Source: Tubulanus polymorphus
Taxonomy: Eukaryota > Animalia > Nemertea
Assembly (NCBI RefSeq): GCF_964204645.1
Contig: NC_134029.1
Span: 14,224,850 to 14,288,849, forward strand
DNA: 64,000 nt
Direction of reading: 5' to 3'
Numbering within the stretch: position 1 is the stretch's first letter; each line of letters starts with the position of its first letter. The notes beneath the pieces are model-generated. The model had not been told where the DNA came from and made no database searches. It saw only the letters and a program-made list of their open reading frames with translations. This document shows, in pieces, positions 41,249 through 53,488 of the stretch. The position numbers were made by a program, and so were the translations under genes.

Positions 41249-41512
41249 CTGTTCAGTGCACAGAGAAAAAGATATAATAGATCGTTAAAAAATGTCCATT
41301 ACTCTTTACTAGGAAAAAATTGTACAAGCGTGTATCCATGCCAAAAGACCAACACATCAGGTGTGAAGCCCAAAGGGGGAAGTTTTGAGGATTTTTGGAG
41401 CCATTTTAAGTGCATTCTAATGCTATCTCATATGGTCTAGCCTGTAAAATGAACATCATTTCTTCATATATTTACCTTGATGGTACTAATATTTTCATGT
41501 AATCTATTGAAG

Positions 41513-41787
41513 AATCAGTATGATGATCGTCTGAGTGTTACTCAAGCTATGCTTATGAAAAAGGAAGGTGATCTAGCTGTGGAGCAAGAAAAATATCAAA
41601 AACTGACATTAGATTTTAATGAATTGGAAGCAACTTCGTATGCACAGGAGGCTCGTGCACAAACATTGCAGGAACAAGTAAATGGACTGGAATTTGAGAA
41701 CTTGAATTATCGCAACACTGTTGAAAGTCTAAAACATAATTTCACTGGTAAAACAAAGAAACAACTTGAAGACATGAGACAAGATGT
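41513..41787 (+). CDS. Coiled-coil host gene, exon 5 (NQYDDRLSV...EDMRQD)
   Basis: Within ORF 41477-41791; GTAAGT donor at 41788, phase 2. Acceptor is probably the AG at 41511-41512 (alternative in-frame CAG at 41516-41518). Confidence 0.85.
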
Positions 41788-41799
41788 GTAAGTTAGTCA

Positions 41800-41891
<92 letters not shown>

Positions 41892-42004
41892 CGTACGTAC
41901 GTACATTCATATGCATATATATATGCATCTGTACATGTGACTGAATTGATATTTTATAGGTATACCGTATGAGTATGCGTATTTGTATGTATTTCATATT
42001 GCAG

Positions 42005-42232
42005 TCAATCATTGGAACAAGAACGGAATAAATTGATGTATCAATTACAACTTCTTGAAAGTGATTTTATGAAGGCACGCGAACAGATATCTCAGAAAAA
42101 TCAGGAAATTCTAAACCTAAAAGAAGAAAATTTAGTTCAGGATGAGAGGTTGAAGGATGCAAAGAATAAACTGAGAGAGATCAAAGATGCAAGGAAACTT
42201 GAAGAAGCAGTCCAAGGCAAACTCCATCTAAG
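42005..42232 (+). CDS. Coiled-coil host gene, exon 6 (QSLEQERNKL...GKLHL)
   Basis: ttgcAG acceptor; first base completes the split GTT codon; AG|GTACTA donor, phase 2. Confidence 0.88.
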
Positions 42233-42289
42233 GTACTAAGGTTCTAAGGTCTTACATATCTATATTTTCTTATTGGCCCTTGATTTTAG

Positions 42290-42362
42290 GATACGCACCA
42301 AAAGAAATGTGGCTTCATACACCATCTCTGCATCATCGCAAGTGTTCCTTCGAAAGGCATAG
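42290..42362 (+). CDS. Coiled-coil host gene, last coding exon (IRTKRNVAS...LRKA stop)
   Basis: ttttAG acceptor, phase matches, TAG at 42360-42362; AATAAA at 42767 is a candidate polyA signal. Confidence 0.75.
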
Positions 42363-42405
42363 TAATAATAATCATAGGCCAACTATAATGATGTTACATG
42401 GATAA

Positions 42406-42632
42406 GGTACCGTAGAAACCACAAAATTCTAAGAACAGGATGAATACAAATTATGTAGCTTAGTGGGGTAGAAGTGGATGGGGATAGCAGTGTGACACAT
42501 AATAACTCTCTACTAGATTTTGGTTAATGTACTATGTGTCACACTGCTATCCCCATCCATCTCTACTCCACATAGTTACATAATTTATATTCATCCTAAC
42601 TGTTCTTAAATTTTTGTGGTTTGTACGGTACC
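42406..42632. repeat. Long inverted repeat just after the host stop codon
   Basis: ~96-100-bp arms; inner 27 bp are perfect; loop about 30 nt. Confidence 0.9.
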
Positions 42633-44665
42633 CCTGGTTGTTTTCTTTTTTCACTTGTTCTGTTTACATTTATTCTTACACTTCGCTTTTGTAAGTTTGT
42701 ATGCTACGTTACTTCTGTTTTCTGATCATTCCACCTGATGATGTGGTTTCGTTGTGGTTTCATTCCAATAAATTATTTTATGTAGTTGATTGCCGAAAAT
42801 CTTGAGCACTTGAGCCTGTGTGGCTGAAGGCAATTCGGGCTTATGCTATTAGGCTCGGTTCTTAGCGGCAGTCTGACGCGCGTGCATTCGTCTGCCCATT
42901 AGTCTGTCAGTGAGTCTGGTTTCGTGTGAACTGCACTTTACATACCACAATTTTCTGCTTTCAAGAGGCATTCAGGGTGTGATGTTTGAAACTTGTACAT
43001 TGCGTAAAAATAGAATACTTTTTGTAAATACTTTTTGTTGCATTATTCTTGGAACTGATTCAAGATAATTTCAAAAAATTTGGTATACCGTACTTGTTCA
43101 GGGTATGGTCCCATAGTTTATTTACGTAAAATTAAAGGGCAAGTGCTGTCAAAATTGAACTTTCCACGATTTCTTAACCAGAAGAAACTTAAGTATATAT
43201 ATAACAACCTGAGAGCTAACTTGTCGAAAAAAAGTAACTTGAAATATAGCTGCGAAGCAGCGATGACGGGTTTTCTGCAAAGCCATTCAGAAAGATGGGA
43301 ATTGTAGTAAATTGAAATATCGATACATAGAATAAAATGCAATGACAGATTCGAACCTAATATGCTACCACTGTGTAAACGTCAAATATGATCAGCTTTG
43401 AAACCGAACATTCGCGGATGTACAATCAACAAATATTAATTTATTTGACCAGGCATTTATTTTGGCATTCAAACATCATGATACTGTATTATCACCATGC
43501 TTAAAAATGGATCTGTCCTATTAAGAACTCATCTTAAGCACCTGCTGAGTTGATAGATTGAGTGAATTTACAGATAAGAACGTATTATGATTTAGAATAG
43601 ATTTAAGGAGTTAATGTTTTTATTGAAATATTTGAATAAATACATATATTGTAGTGTAGATTCAATCAATAAATTATCAATTGATCTGGTCTGGGTTTCC
43701 GGCTGATGTTGATTTTGGCTTTTATGGATTACAAATTCTATAGTGATAAACAATTGATACCTGCAACATGTGTGTAAATCAAACCTATTCCACTAGTTGC
43801 GTGTGTTTCCTAATAAACGGGAAAGTCACTCTTGATCTGAGTTATTAGAAAAATAATGTTTATTTAGTTATAGAAATTCATTGCCTTTTTGGAAATTCTG
43901 TAATAATGTTTGTTCTGTCCTAATTTTTATTACTGTATGAACCAATGATATGCTTTGTAAATATGATGTAATAAAATTTGAACACGAGAATCAAGCATAA
44001 CTTGTGTTTTTTCAACTTGTCTTTTGTTCCAGAGTTTCAATTACAATCAAATCCAAATTGGCTAAAAAGTACATAGGACTAAATGAAATGAACCGTTAAT
44101 TACTGCAAACCTATTCCAGTGTTATGTCGATCGTGTTGAATCACTTTCCTTGAGTTGAAAGAATCAGATCTTCTATGGTGCAACATCGGTCGAAGAGAGA
44201 TATCTTGGTGTTGACTGTCCTTGACCATCTAACTGCATGCATTCGACATTGGAATCAGCATACCCATTTGAATTGCAAAATATTCATACAACATGAAAAC
44301 CTACAGTACATGTATACAGTAATCAAACTTTCACCGATGTTGGATATTTGAATGAACGTTGGGCTTATTTCAGTATTCTAAAGCAGGAAATAATAAGCCC
44401 AATCAATAGGCCCTATTCCCATTGGAACAATTGTATAATGCGTACGCTGTACTGTATACTTATCAGTCAAGAATGGAGAAATCGGTATACCAAACCTACG
44501 AACAGCAAAATGTACAGGCCTACAATGATTTCTGGTATAGGCTACAAGCCGTGACCACATTGACTATTAATATTAATGTCAGCACGTCGGAGAAGGCCTG
44601 GCCAAATTTAATCACATGGCTCAAATCAATTAGCCTTTCTGCGTGTGAATACTTCACTGTATTGT

Positions 44666-44830
44666 GGGATCATTCATTTATTACGTATGCATTAGGAGAG
44701 CGGGGAGGGGTCAGGGCAATTACGTACTGTAATGCTAAATGTACATGAAAAAAATGGCAGATTTTGCGTACAGAGGGAGAGGGGGTTGAAATAATCAAAT
44801 TATATGCGTACGTAATAAATGAATGATCCC
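44666..44830. mobile_element. Tourist/Harbinger-type MITE
   Basis: TIR GGGATCATTCATTTATTACGTA; 3-bp TSD TGT. Confidence 0.8.
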
Positions 44831-45019
44831 TGTTTTAAAAATAGGCCTATCGAGTGAATTAGTACATAGACTGAATTAGACTTTAGGCTAGTCCTGGCCA
44901 AATCCTATCCATGTTATAATTGCACCAGTTATAGTAACATCACTGTAGGGCCGACGAGAGGGAAAAAGTTGTGTTTGTAGTACATAGGCATGGTAGGCTT
45001 GTCGTACTCACTTAATACC

Positions 45020-45480
45020 CGGTACTTAAGATGCTGTTGTTACCTGTACGTGACTGTACGGTGATTTCTACAGGTTAGCCGTATGTGAGTACGTTGACGC
45101 TCAGACTTGCAATATTGGGATTGAAACCAAACGAAAAAAAAATCCAGTTGTAGGCCAGTGATTTACCCATTTGCCACAGAACGTAACTGCAGGGTGGATG
45201 AAATTTGATTTACAAATAGCCTAGCCTCACCTAACCCAAACTCTATTCTTTCACGCATGCACGTTTGCAGATTATAGGATCCCTTCTTAGGGAACTCACG
45301 TACGGTTAACCTGTGGATATCACCGTACAGTCACTGGCACGTACGGGTAACAACTTCGTACTTAAAAAATGGTATTGGCTACTAGGAACTCACGTACGGC
45401 GTTTGTAGGGAACTCACGTACGGTTAACCTGTGGAGATCACCATACAGTCACGTACGAGTAACAACTACGTACTTACTGG
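45020..45480. repeat. Inverted repeat with duplicated right arm
   Basis: 45020-45090 is the reverse complement of 45290-45365 and of 45408-45476. Confidence 0.7.
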
Positions 45481-46619
45481 TATTGGCTACTATATAATAG
45501 GCCTATAAGACAAATGAATACCGGTACTGTGGTAGGCTTTCTTAGCTTCCACACTTCACAACCGAACCAACTGACCAACCAGTATATTTATTCCCAGTAC
45601 GCACCAACCGGCACAGGCCTAACACTGTTTGTCAACTCTGTGTACCGTAGTAGGCTATCGATAATCACCTGATACTTTTCTGTCGTTTGTTTTCTCTCTG
45701 AGACGAACGTAATTCTAGCAGCCCTCCGCGACTCAACGACCTTGATTTAAACTCAATTCAAAATCTGTTTATTGACGCTTTTGGTTACATGAACTGATCA
45801 GCAATATACTTAAATGAAATAACCGGAATAACTAGAAATCAAAATTATTAATGAGGTAACAAACAAATGCCCGTAAACCTGTCAGACACGCGAACGCCGG
45901 ACTCGTAAACTCATTGGACTCGGACCCGCTGAGCAATAAATTCATAAAATTGTCTTTGAAATTGATTGTGGAGAAGAGAGGGAATAATTCGATAGCTCTT
46001 CCTCTTAAAGAAGAGAGAAATTTCGGAAAGAAAACACAACATGGCTACTAATTGAACGGAGCCAAATTTCCGATGTTTACGGCTCGACAGTGCCTTTATA
46101 ACGTGGATTTATCAAAATTCCCATGCAGTATCTGGAGATTGAAATGAGCTGAAGGATATCATACGGATTGTATCGGCGACAGCGGTGAGGTAAGGAAGCC
46201 TTTACACTTTTAACAAAAACTGTGTGGAAAAGGGGAAAAAAAATAAATAAATATAGCTGCAAAGCAGCGATAACGGGTTTTCTGCACAGTCTTAGAATCC
46301 TGTTCAACGGTGGATTTCAACAAAGCATTTGATAAGGCTCAACATCAGCCATTACTGAACAGGCTATTAGGAAACAGTATCAATGATAGGTCGCCCAAAT
46401 GGCTCAGCAGTTATCTCTGAACGGAAACTTGTAACCGAAATCAACGGAACGCCTCATCTTGGAATGAGACGGTCTAACTAGTGGAGTCACGCAAGGTAGT
46501 ATCCTAAGTCGTCTTCTGTTTAATGTCCTGACAAATGACACACAGTAATCCAAAATATACCAGACCGAGTAAATTTCCAAAACGACCTTAACACACTGTT
46601 CGACCAAAAAACTTAATGT

Positions 46620-46895
46620 TCCGACAAAACCACAGGCGACAAAACCAAAATTATGAATTGTCGCAGGTGACAAAACAAAAATATTGAATTGTCACGGGCG
46701 ACAAAACCAAAATAATGAATTGTCGCGGGCGATAAAACCATAATATTGAATTGTCGCGGGCGTTAAAACCAAGATATTGAATTGTCGCGGGCGATAAAAC
46801 CAAAGTAATGAATTGTCGCGGACGGCAAAAACAAAATATTGAATTGTTGCGTGCGACAAAACCAAAATAATGAATTGTCGCGGGCGACAAAACCA
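46620..46895. repeat. 31-bp satellite array A
   Basis: Monomer GAATTGTCGCGGGCGA(C/T)AAAACCAAAATA(A/T)T. Confidence 0.95.
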
Positions 46896-48155
46896 AACTA
46901 GGAGTCCAGGGACACCATGCTCACTTGGGAAGTGGTTTCAAATGCTCAACAATCTAACAATTTCAATACATAACGCCCTCTAGTGACCATATACAAAAAC
47001 CAATGACCTTGAAACCCACCACAATCATAGAACATGTGAGCAGCTATGATTTTGTAATTGATTGTGATAACAAAATATGCCTCGTTACCAATTTAATATG
47101 AAAATACTAAGTTATTCTACTATTCAACGCCCCCTGGTGACCATATGCAAAACCCAATGACCTTAAAACTCACCACAATCGTAGTACATGTCATGAAATA
47201 CAACTTTGCAATTGATCATATAACAAAATATGCCTAGGTACCAATCTAATAAGGAAATACTAAGCCATTCTACTATTCAGCGCCCCCTGGTGACTATATG
47301 GAATAACTAATGTCCTTAAAAACTCACCACAATCATAGACGATGTCATGAACTACAACTTTGCAATTGATCATGGTAACAAAATATGCCTTGGTACAAAT
47401 ATAATATAGCAATACTAAGTTATTGGATTATTCAACGCCCCCTGATGGCCACATACAAAAACCAATGACCTTGAAACTCACCAAAATCATAGAACACGTT
47501 ATGGGCTACAACTTTCCAATTGAATATAGTAACACAATATGCTTAGGTATCAATTTAATGTGGAAAAACTTTTTCCCACCTACGAATGAGTACTGATGAC
47601 ACCAAGATGGCCGCCAATTGCGTCATAATTGGCTGATCAAAAATACCTGTCCCAGGTATAAAACATCCCTCTCTAAAGAATACCCATCAGCAATTAATGA
47701 GAAATGGCAAACCAGTAGGAAGCTACAGGACCTAGAATTCTGGCCAAAATTAACATTTTTGGGCACTAAAAAGGTCATGGGACGGCCATCTTGAGTCAGA
47801 TCGACCCAATTTTCTTTTGCTGATGGGCCTTTGGTAGATTCAAATATAAACGAAAGATCAAGGTAATTGATTGAAGCCTCTTCAAAATTTCCCACGAAAA
47901 CTTCGCAAATGTTTAAAAAGTGCTGATTTTAGCAAACAACAATGGCTGCCAGTCGGCCATCTTGAATCTGCCAGGGCCAGTTTTTGGGCTGACGATGTGT
48001 CTAGGGTAGATACATGTATAAACCAAATATCAAGACATTACCTTGAAGCGTCTTCAAAACTTCCCAAAATAACTGGATTCCGTCTATGGACGGACGGACG
48101 GACGAAAAGTGAACGTAAAAGCCCGCTGGGACTAAAGTCCCTAGTGGACTGAAAA
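46896..48155 (-). mobile_element. Full-length HINE family 1 inserted in the satellite
   Basis: Both ends present, (GGAC)n microsatellite, central repeats; sits in the A-tract of a monomer. Confidence 0.85.
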
Positions 48156-50352
48156 AGAATTGTCGCGGGCGACAAAACCAAACTAATGAATTGTCGCGGG
48201 TGATAAAACCAAAATATTGAATTGTCGCGGGCGACAAAACCAAACTAATGAATCGTCGCGGGCAATAAAACCAAACTAATGAATTGTCGCGGGCGACAAA
48301 ACCAAACTAATGAATCGTCGCGGGCAATAAAACCAAACTAATGAATTGTCGCGGGCGATAAAACCAAATTAATGAATTGTCTCGGGCGATAAATCCAAAA
48401 TAATGAATTGTCGCGGGCGACAAAACCAAAATAATGAATTGTCGCAGGCGATAAAAACAAAATATTGAATTGTTGCTGGCGACAAAACCAAAAAAAAAAT
48501 TGTCGCGGGCGACAAAAACAAAGTGTAAAACCAAAATAATGAATTGTCGCCGGCGTCAAAACCAAAAACAAGAATTGTCGCGGGCGACAAAACCAAAATA
48601 ATGAATTGTCGCTGGAGATAAAACCAAAGTAATGAATTGTCGAGGGCTATAAAACCAAAATATTGAATTGTCGCGGGCGACAAAAACCAAACTAATGAAT
48701 TGTCGCGGGCGACAAAACCAAAAAAAGAATTGTCGGGGCGACAAAACCAAAATAATGAATTGTCGCGGGCGACAAAACCAAAATGGTGAATTGTCACGGG
48801 CGACAAAACCAAAATGGTGAATTGTCACGGGCGACAAAACCAAAATAATGAATTGTCGCGGGCGATAAAACCAAAATAATGAAATGTTGCGGGCGATAAA
48901 ACTAAAATAATGAATTGTCTCGGGCGACAAAACCAAAATAATGAATTGTCGCGGGCGATAAAACCAAAATAATGAATTATCGCGGGCGATAAAACCAAAA
49001 TTTTGAATTGTCGCGGGCGATAAAACCAAACTAATGAATTGTCGCGGGTGATAAAACCAAAATATTGAATTGTCGCGGGCGACAAAACCAAACTAATGAA
49101 TCGTCGCGGGCAATAAAACCAAACTAATGAATTGTCGCGGGCGACAAAACCAAACTAATGAATCGTCGCGGGCAATAAAACCAAACTAATGAATTGTCGC
49201 GGGCGATAAAACCAAAATAATGAATTGTCTCGGGCGATAAATCCAAAATAATGAATTGTCGCGGGCGACAAAACCAAAATAATGAATTGTCGCAGGCGAT
49301 AAAAACAAAATATTGAATTGTTGCGGGCGACAAAACCAAAAAAAAAATTGTCGCCGGCGTCAAAACCAAAAAAAGAATTGTCGGGGCGACAAAACCAAAA
49401 TAATCAATTGTCGCGGGCGACAAAACCAAAATGGTGAATTGTCACGGGCGACAAAACCAAAATGGTGAATTGTCACGGGCGACAAAACCAAAATAATGAA
49501 TTGTCGCGGGCGATAAAACAAAAATAATGAAATGTTGCGGGCGATAAAACTAAAATAATGAATTGTCGCGGGCGATAAAACCAAAATAATGAATTATCGC
49601 GGGCGATAAAACCAAAATATTGAATTGTCGCGGGCGATAAAACCAAAATAATGAATTGTCGCGGGCGACAAAACCAAAATATTGAATTGCCGCAGGCGAC
49701 AAAACCAAAATATTGAATTGTCGCGGGCGACAAAACCAAACTAATGAATTGGCGCGGGCGACAAAACCAAAAAAAGAATGGTCGGGGCGACAAAACCAAA
49801 ATAATGAATTGTCGCGGGCGATAAAACCAAAATAATGAATTGTCGCGGGCGATAAAACCAAAATGATGAATTGTTGCGGGCGACAAAACTGAAATGGTGA
49901 ATTGTCGCGGGCGACAAAACCAAAATAATGAATTGTCGCGGGCGATAAAACCGTAATAATGAATTGTCGCGGGCGATAAAACCAAAATAATGAATTTTCT
50001 CAGGCGACAAAACCAAAATAATGAATTATCGCGGGCGATAAAACCAAAATATTGAATTGTCGCAGGCGATAAAACCAAAATATTGAATTGTCTCGGGCGA
50101 CAAAACCAAAAAAGAAAATTGTCGCGGGCGACAAAAACAAAATATAAAACCAAAATAATGAATTGTAGCGGGCGACAAAAACAAAATATAAAACCAAAAT
50201 AATGAATTGTTGCGGGCGACAAAACCAAAAAGAAGAATTGTCGCGGGCGACAAAACCAAAATAATGCATTGTCGCTGGCGATAAAACCAAAGTAATGAAT
50301 TGTCGGGGCGATAAAACCAAAATAATGAATTGCCGTGGGCGACAAAATCAAA
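48156..50352. repeat. 31-bp satellite array B
   Basis: About 70 tandem monomers. Confidence 0.95.
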
Positions 50353-51769
50353 ATCATTGTTTTCTCGCGTTATTTTAGTTTTGTCGTTTTGTTGTAATGT
50401 CGCCCTCATTTGCATATTCGTGTTTTGTTATCTTATCAGCCACCATACTAAAGCTTTAAGGTCACATAAAACTCGATAAACACTTCAAGCGACACAGCGA
50501 ACGATCTCCTTTCCCCCACAGCGAACGCTTACTCCGAATGTCAAGTGTGAGTCCAGCATACGGATAGGAGTGTGTTATATACTCGTATTTAGTAAATACC
50601 TTGTGGATTTGACAATGATCGGTATGTACTGTAGGAAATATAAGAGTATTGATGGTATTGATACAGACGCCCGCGGCCGAATAAAGTAATATATTCTTTT
50701 ATTTTGATACCTCGTCGACATAACAGCTTTTCTCCGCTATAATCTCTTCGGCGTGTTTAGTTTAGGCCTACGACTCCCTGGTACACTTATGATTTATCTT
50801 AGTAAAAACACGGTAAATTTGGTATTGCTAAATTAACTGCTTGACGCCCGCAGCCAAATCACTGGTAGTAATAAATTAATTTGTACTCGATTTGATTCTC
50901 AGAATGAGGAGAAACTCGCAGCTGATTCCCGGAACGACGATGTAGTGACACACGTCGATTTGTCGATGTTTACGGCTCGACAGTGCTTTCAAAATCTAAA
51001 GTAGTAAATTTCCTGTGTATTGGTATTATAATTTGATGAGGAAAATGGGTTATTGTTAAAATTAGTTTTTAAAAACCGCGACAGAATGTGCAATCTTTGG
51101 GTAATAAATTTGTTAATTTATGCTTGAATTGATAATCGATGTGACAAGAAACGTGCGGTAGATTTCGGAAAGACGACTTAGAAAAACATGTCGGCTCTTT
51201 GAATGGGGCTAGATTTTCGATGTTTACGGCCCGACAGTGCTTTTGTAACGTTGATTCTTCAAAATTCGCACGGAGTATTTGTAGATCGAACTGAGCTGAA
51301 TGATATCAGACGGATTGTATCGGCAACAGCGGTAATGTAAAAAAGCCTATGTACTTTTGACAAAAAATGTGTGGAAAAAAATAATAATAATAATAATAAA
51401 TATAGCTGCAAAGCAGCGATAACGGGTTTTCTGCACAGTCTTAGAATCCTGTTCAACGGTGGATTTCAACAAAGCATTTGATAAGGCTCAACATCAGCCA
51501 TTACTGAACAGGCTATTAGGAAACAGTATCAATGATAGGTCGCCCAAATGGCACAGCAGTTATCTCTCAACGGAAACTTGTACCCGAAATCAACGGAACG
51601 CCTCATCTTGGAATGAGACGGTCTAACTAGTGGAGTCACGCAAGGTAGTATCCTAAGTCGTCTTCTGTTTAATGTCCTGACAAATGACATACACAGTAAT
51701 CCAAAATATACCAGACCTAGTAAATTTCCAAAACAACCTTAACACACTGTTCGACCAAAAACTTAATGT

Positions 51770-52076
51770 TCCGACAAAACCACGGGCGACAAAACCAAAA
51801 TTATGAATTGTCGCGGGTGACAAAACCAAAATATTGAATTGTCACGGGCGACAAAACAAAAATAATGAATTGTCGCGGGCGATAAAACCAAAATAATGAG
51901 TTGTCGCGGTCAATAAAACCATAATAATGAATTGTCGCGGGCGTTAAAACCAAAATATTGAATTGTTGCGGGTGATAAAACCAAAATAATGAATTGTCGC
52001 GGACGACAAAAACAAACTATTGAATTGTTGCGTGCGACAAAACCAAAATAATGAATTGTCGCGGACGACAAAACCA
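51770..52076. repeat. 31-bp satellite array C
   Basis: Duplicate of array A. Confidence 0.95.
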
Positions 52077-53488
52077 AACTAGGGGTCCAGGGACACCATG
52101 CTCGCTTGGGCAGTGGTTTCAAATGCTCAACAATCTAACAATTTCAATACATAACGCCCTCTAGTGACCATATACAAAATCCCATGACCTTGAAACCCAC
52201 CACAATCATAGAACATGTGAGCAGCTATGATTTTGTAATTGATTGTGATAACAAAATAAGCCTCGTTACCAATTTAATATGGAAATACTAAGTTATTCTA
52301 CTATTCAACGCCCCCTGGTGACCATATGCGAAACCCGATGACCTTAAAACTCACCGCAATCGTAGTACATGTCATGAAATACAACTTTGCAATTGATCAT
52401 AGTAACAAAATATGCCTAAGTACCAATCTAATAAGGGAATACTAAGCCATTATACTATTCAGCGCCCCCTGGTGACTATATGGAATAACTAATGTCCTTA
52501 AAAACTCACCACAATCATAGACGATGTCATGAACTATAACTTTGCAATGGATCATGGTAACAAACTATGCCTAGGTACCAATCTAATAAGGAAAAACTAA
52601 GCTTTTCTACTATTCAACGCCCCTGGTGACTATATGGAATAACTAATATCCTTAAAAACTCACCACAATCATAGACGATGTCACGAACTACAACTTTGCC
52701 ATTGATCATGGTAACAAAATATGCCTTGGTACAAATATAATATAGCGATACTAAGTTATTGTATTATTCAACGCCCCCTGATGGCCACATACAAAAACCA
52801 ATGACCTTGAAACTCACCAAAATCATAGAACACGTTATGGGCTACAACTTTCCAATTGAATATAGTAACACAATATGCTAAGGTATCAATTAATTGTGGA
52901 AAAACTTTTTCCCACCTACGAATGAGTTCTGATGACACCAAGATGGCCGCCAATTGCGTCATAATTGGCTGATCAAAAATACCTGTCCCAGGTATAAAAC
53001 ATCCCTCTCTAAAGAATATCCATCAGCAATTGCAATGAGAAATGGCAAACCAGTAGGAAGCTACAGGACCTAGAATTCTGGCCAAAATTGACATTTTTGG
53101 GCACTAAAAAGGTCATAGGACGGCCATCTTGAGTCAGATCGACCCAATTTTCTTATGCTGATGGGCCTTTGGTAGATTCAAATATAAACGAAAGATCAAG
53201 GTCTTCAAAGCGTCTTCAAAATTTCCCACGAAAACTTCGAAAATGTTTAAAAAGTGCTGATTTTGGCAAACAACAATGGCTGCCAGTCGGCCATCTTGAA
53301 TCTGACAGGACAGTTTTTGGTCTGACGATGTGTCTAGGGTAGATACATGTATAAACCAAATATCAAGACATTACCTCGAAGCGTCTTCAAAACTTCCCAA
53401 AATAACTGGATTCCGTCTATGGACGGACGGACGGACGAAAAGTGAACGCAATAGCCCGCTGGGACTAAAGTCCCAAGTGGACTGAAAA
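52077..53488 (-). mobile_element. Full-length HINE family 1 (duplicate of 46896-48155 with one extra central repeat)
   Basis: Same insertion point and sequence; about 155 bp longer. Confidence 0.85.
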
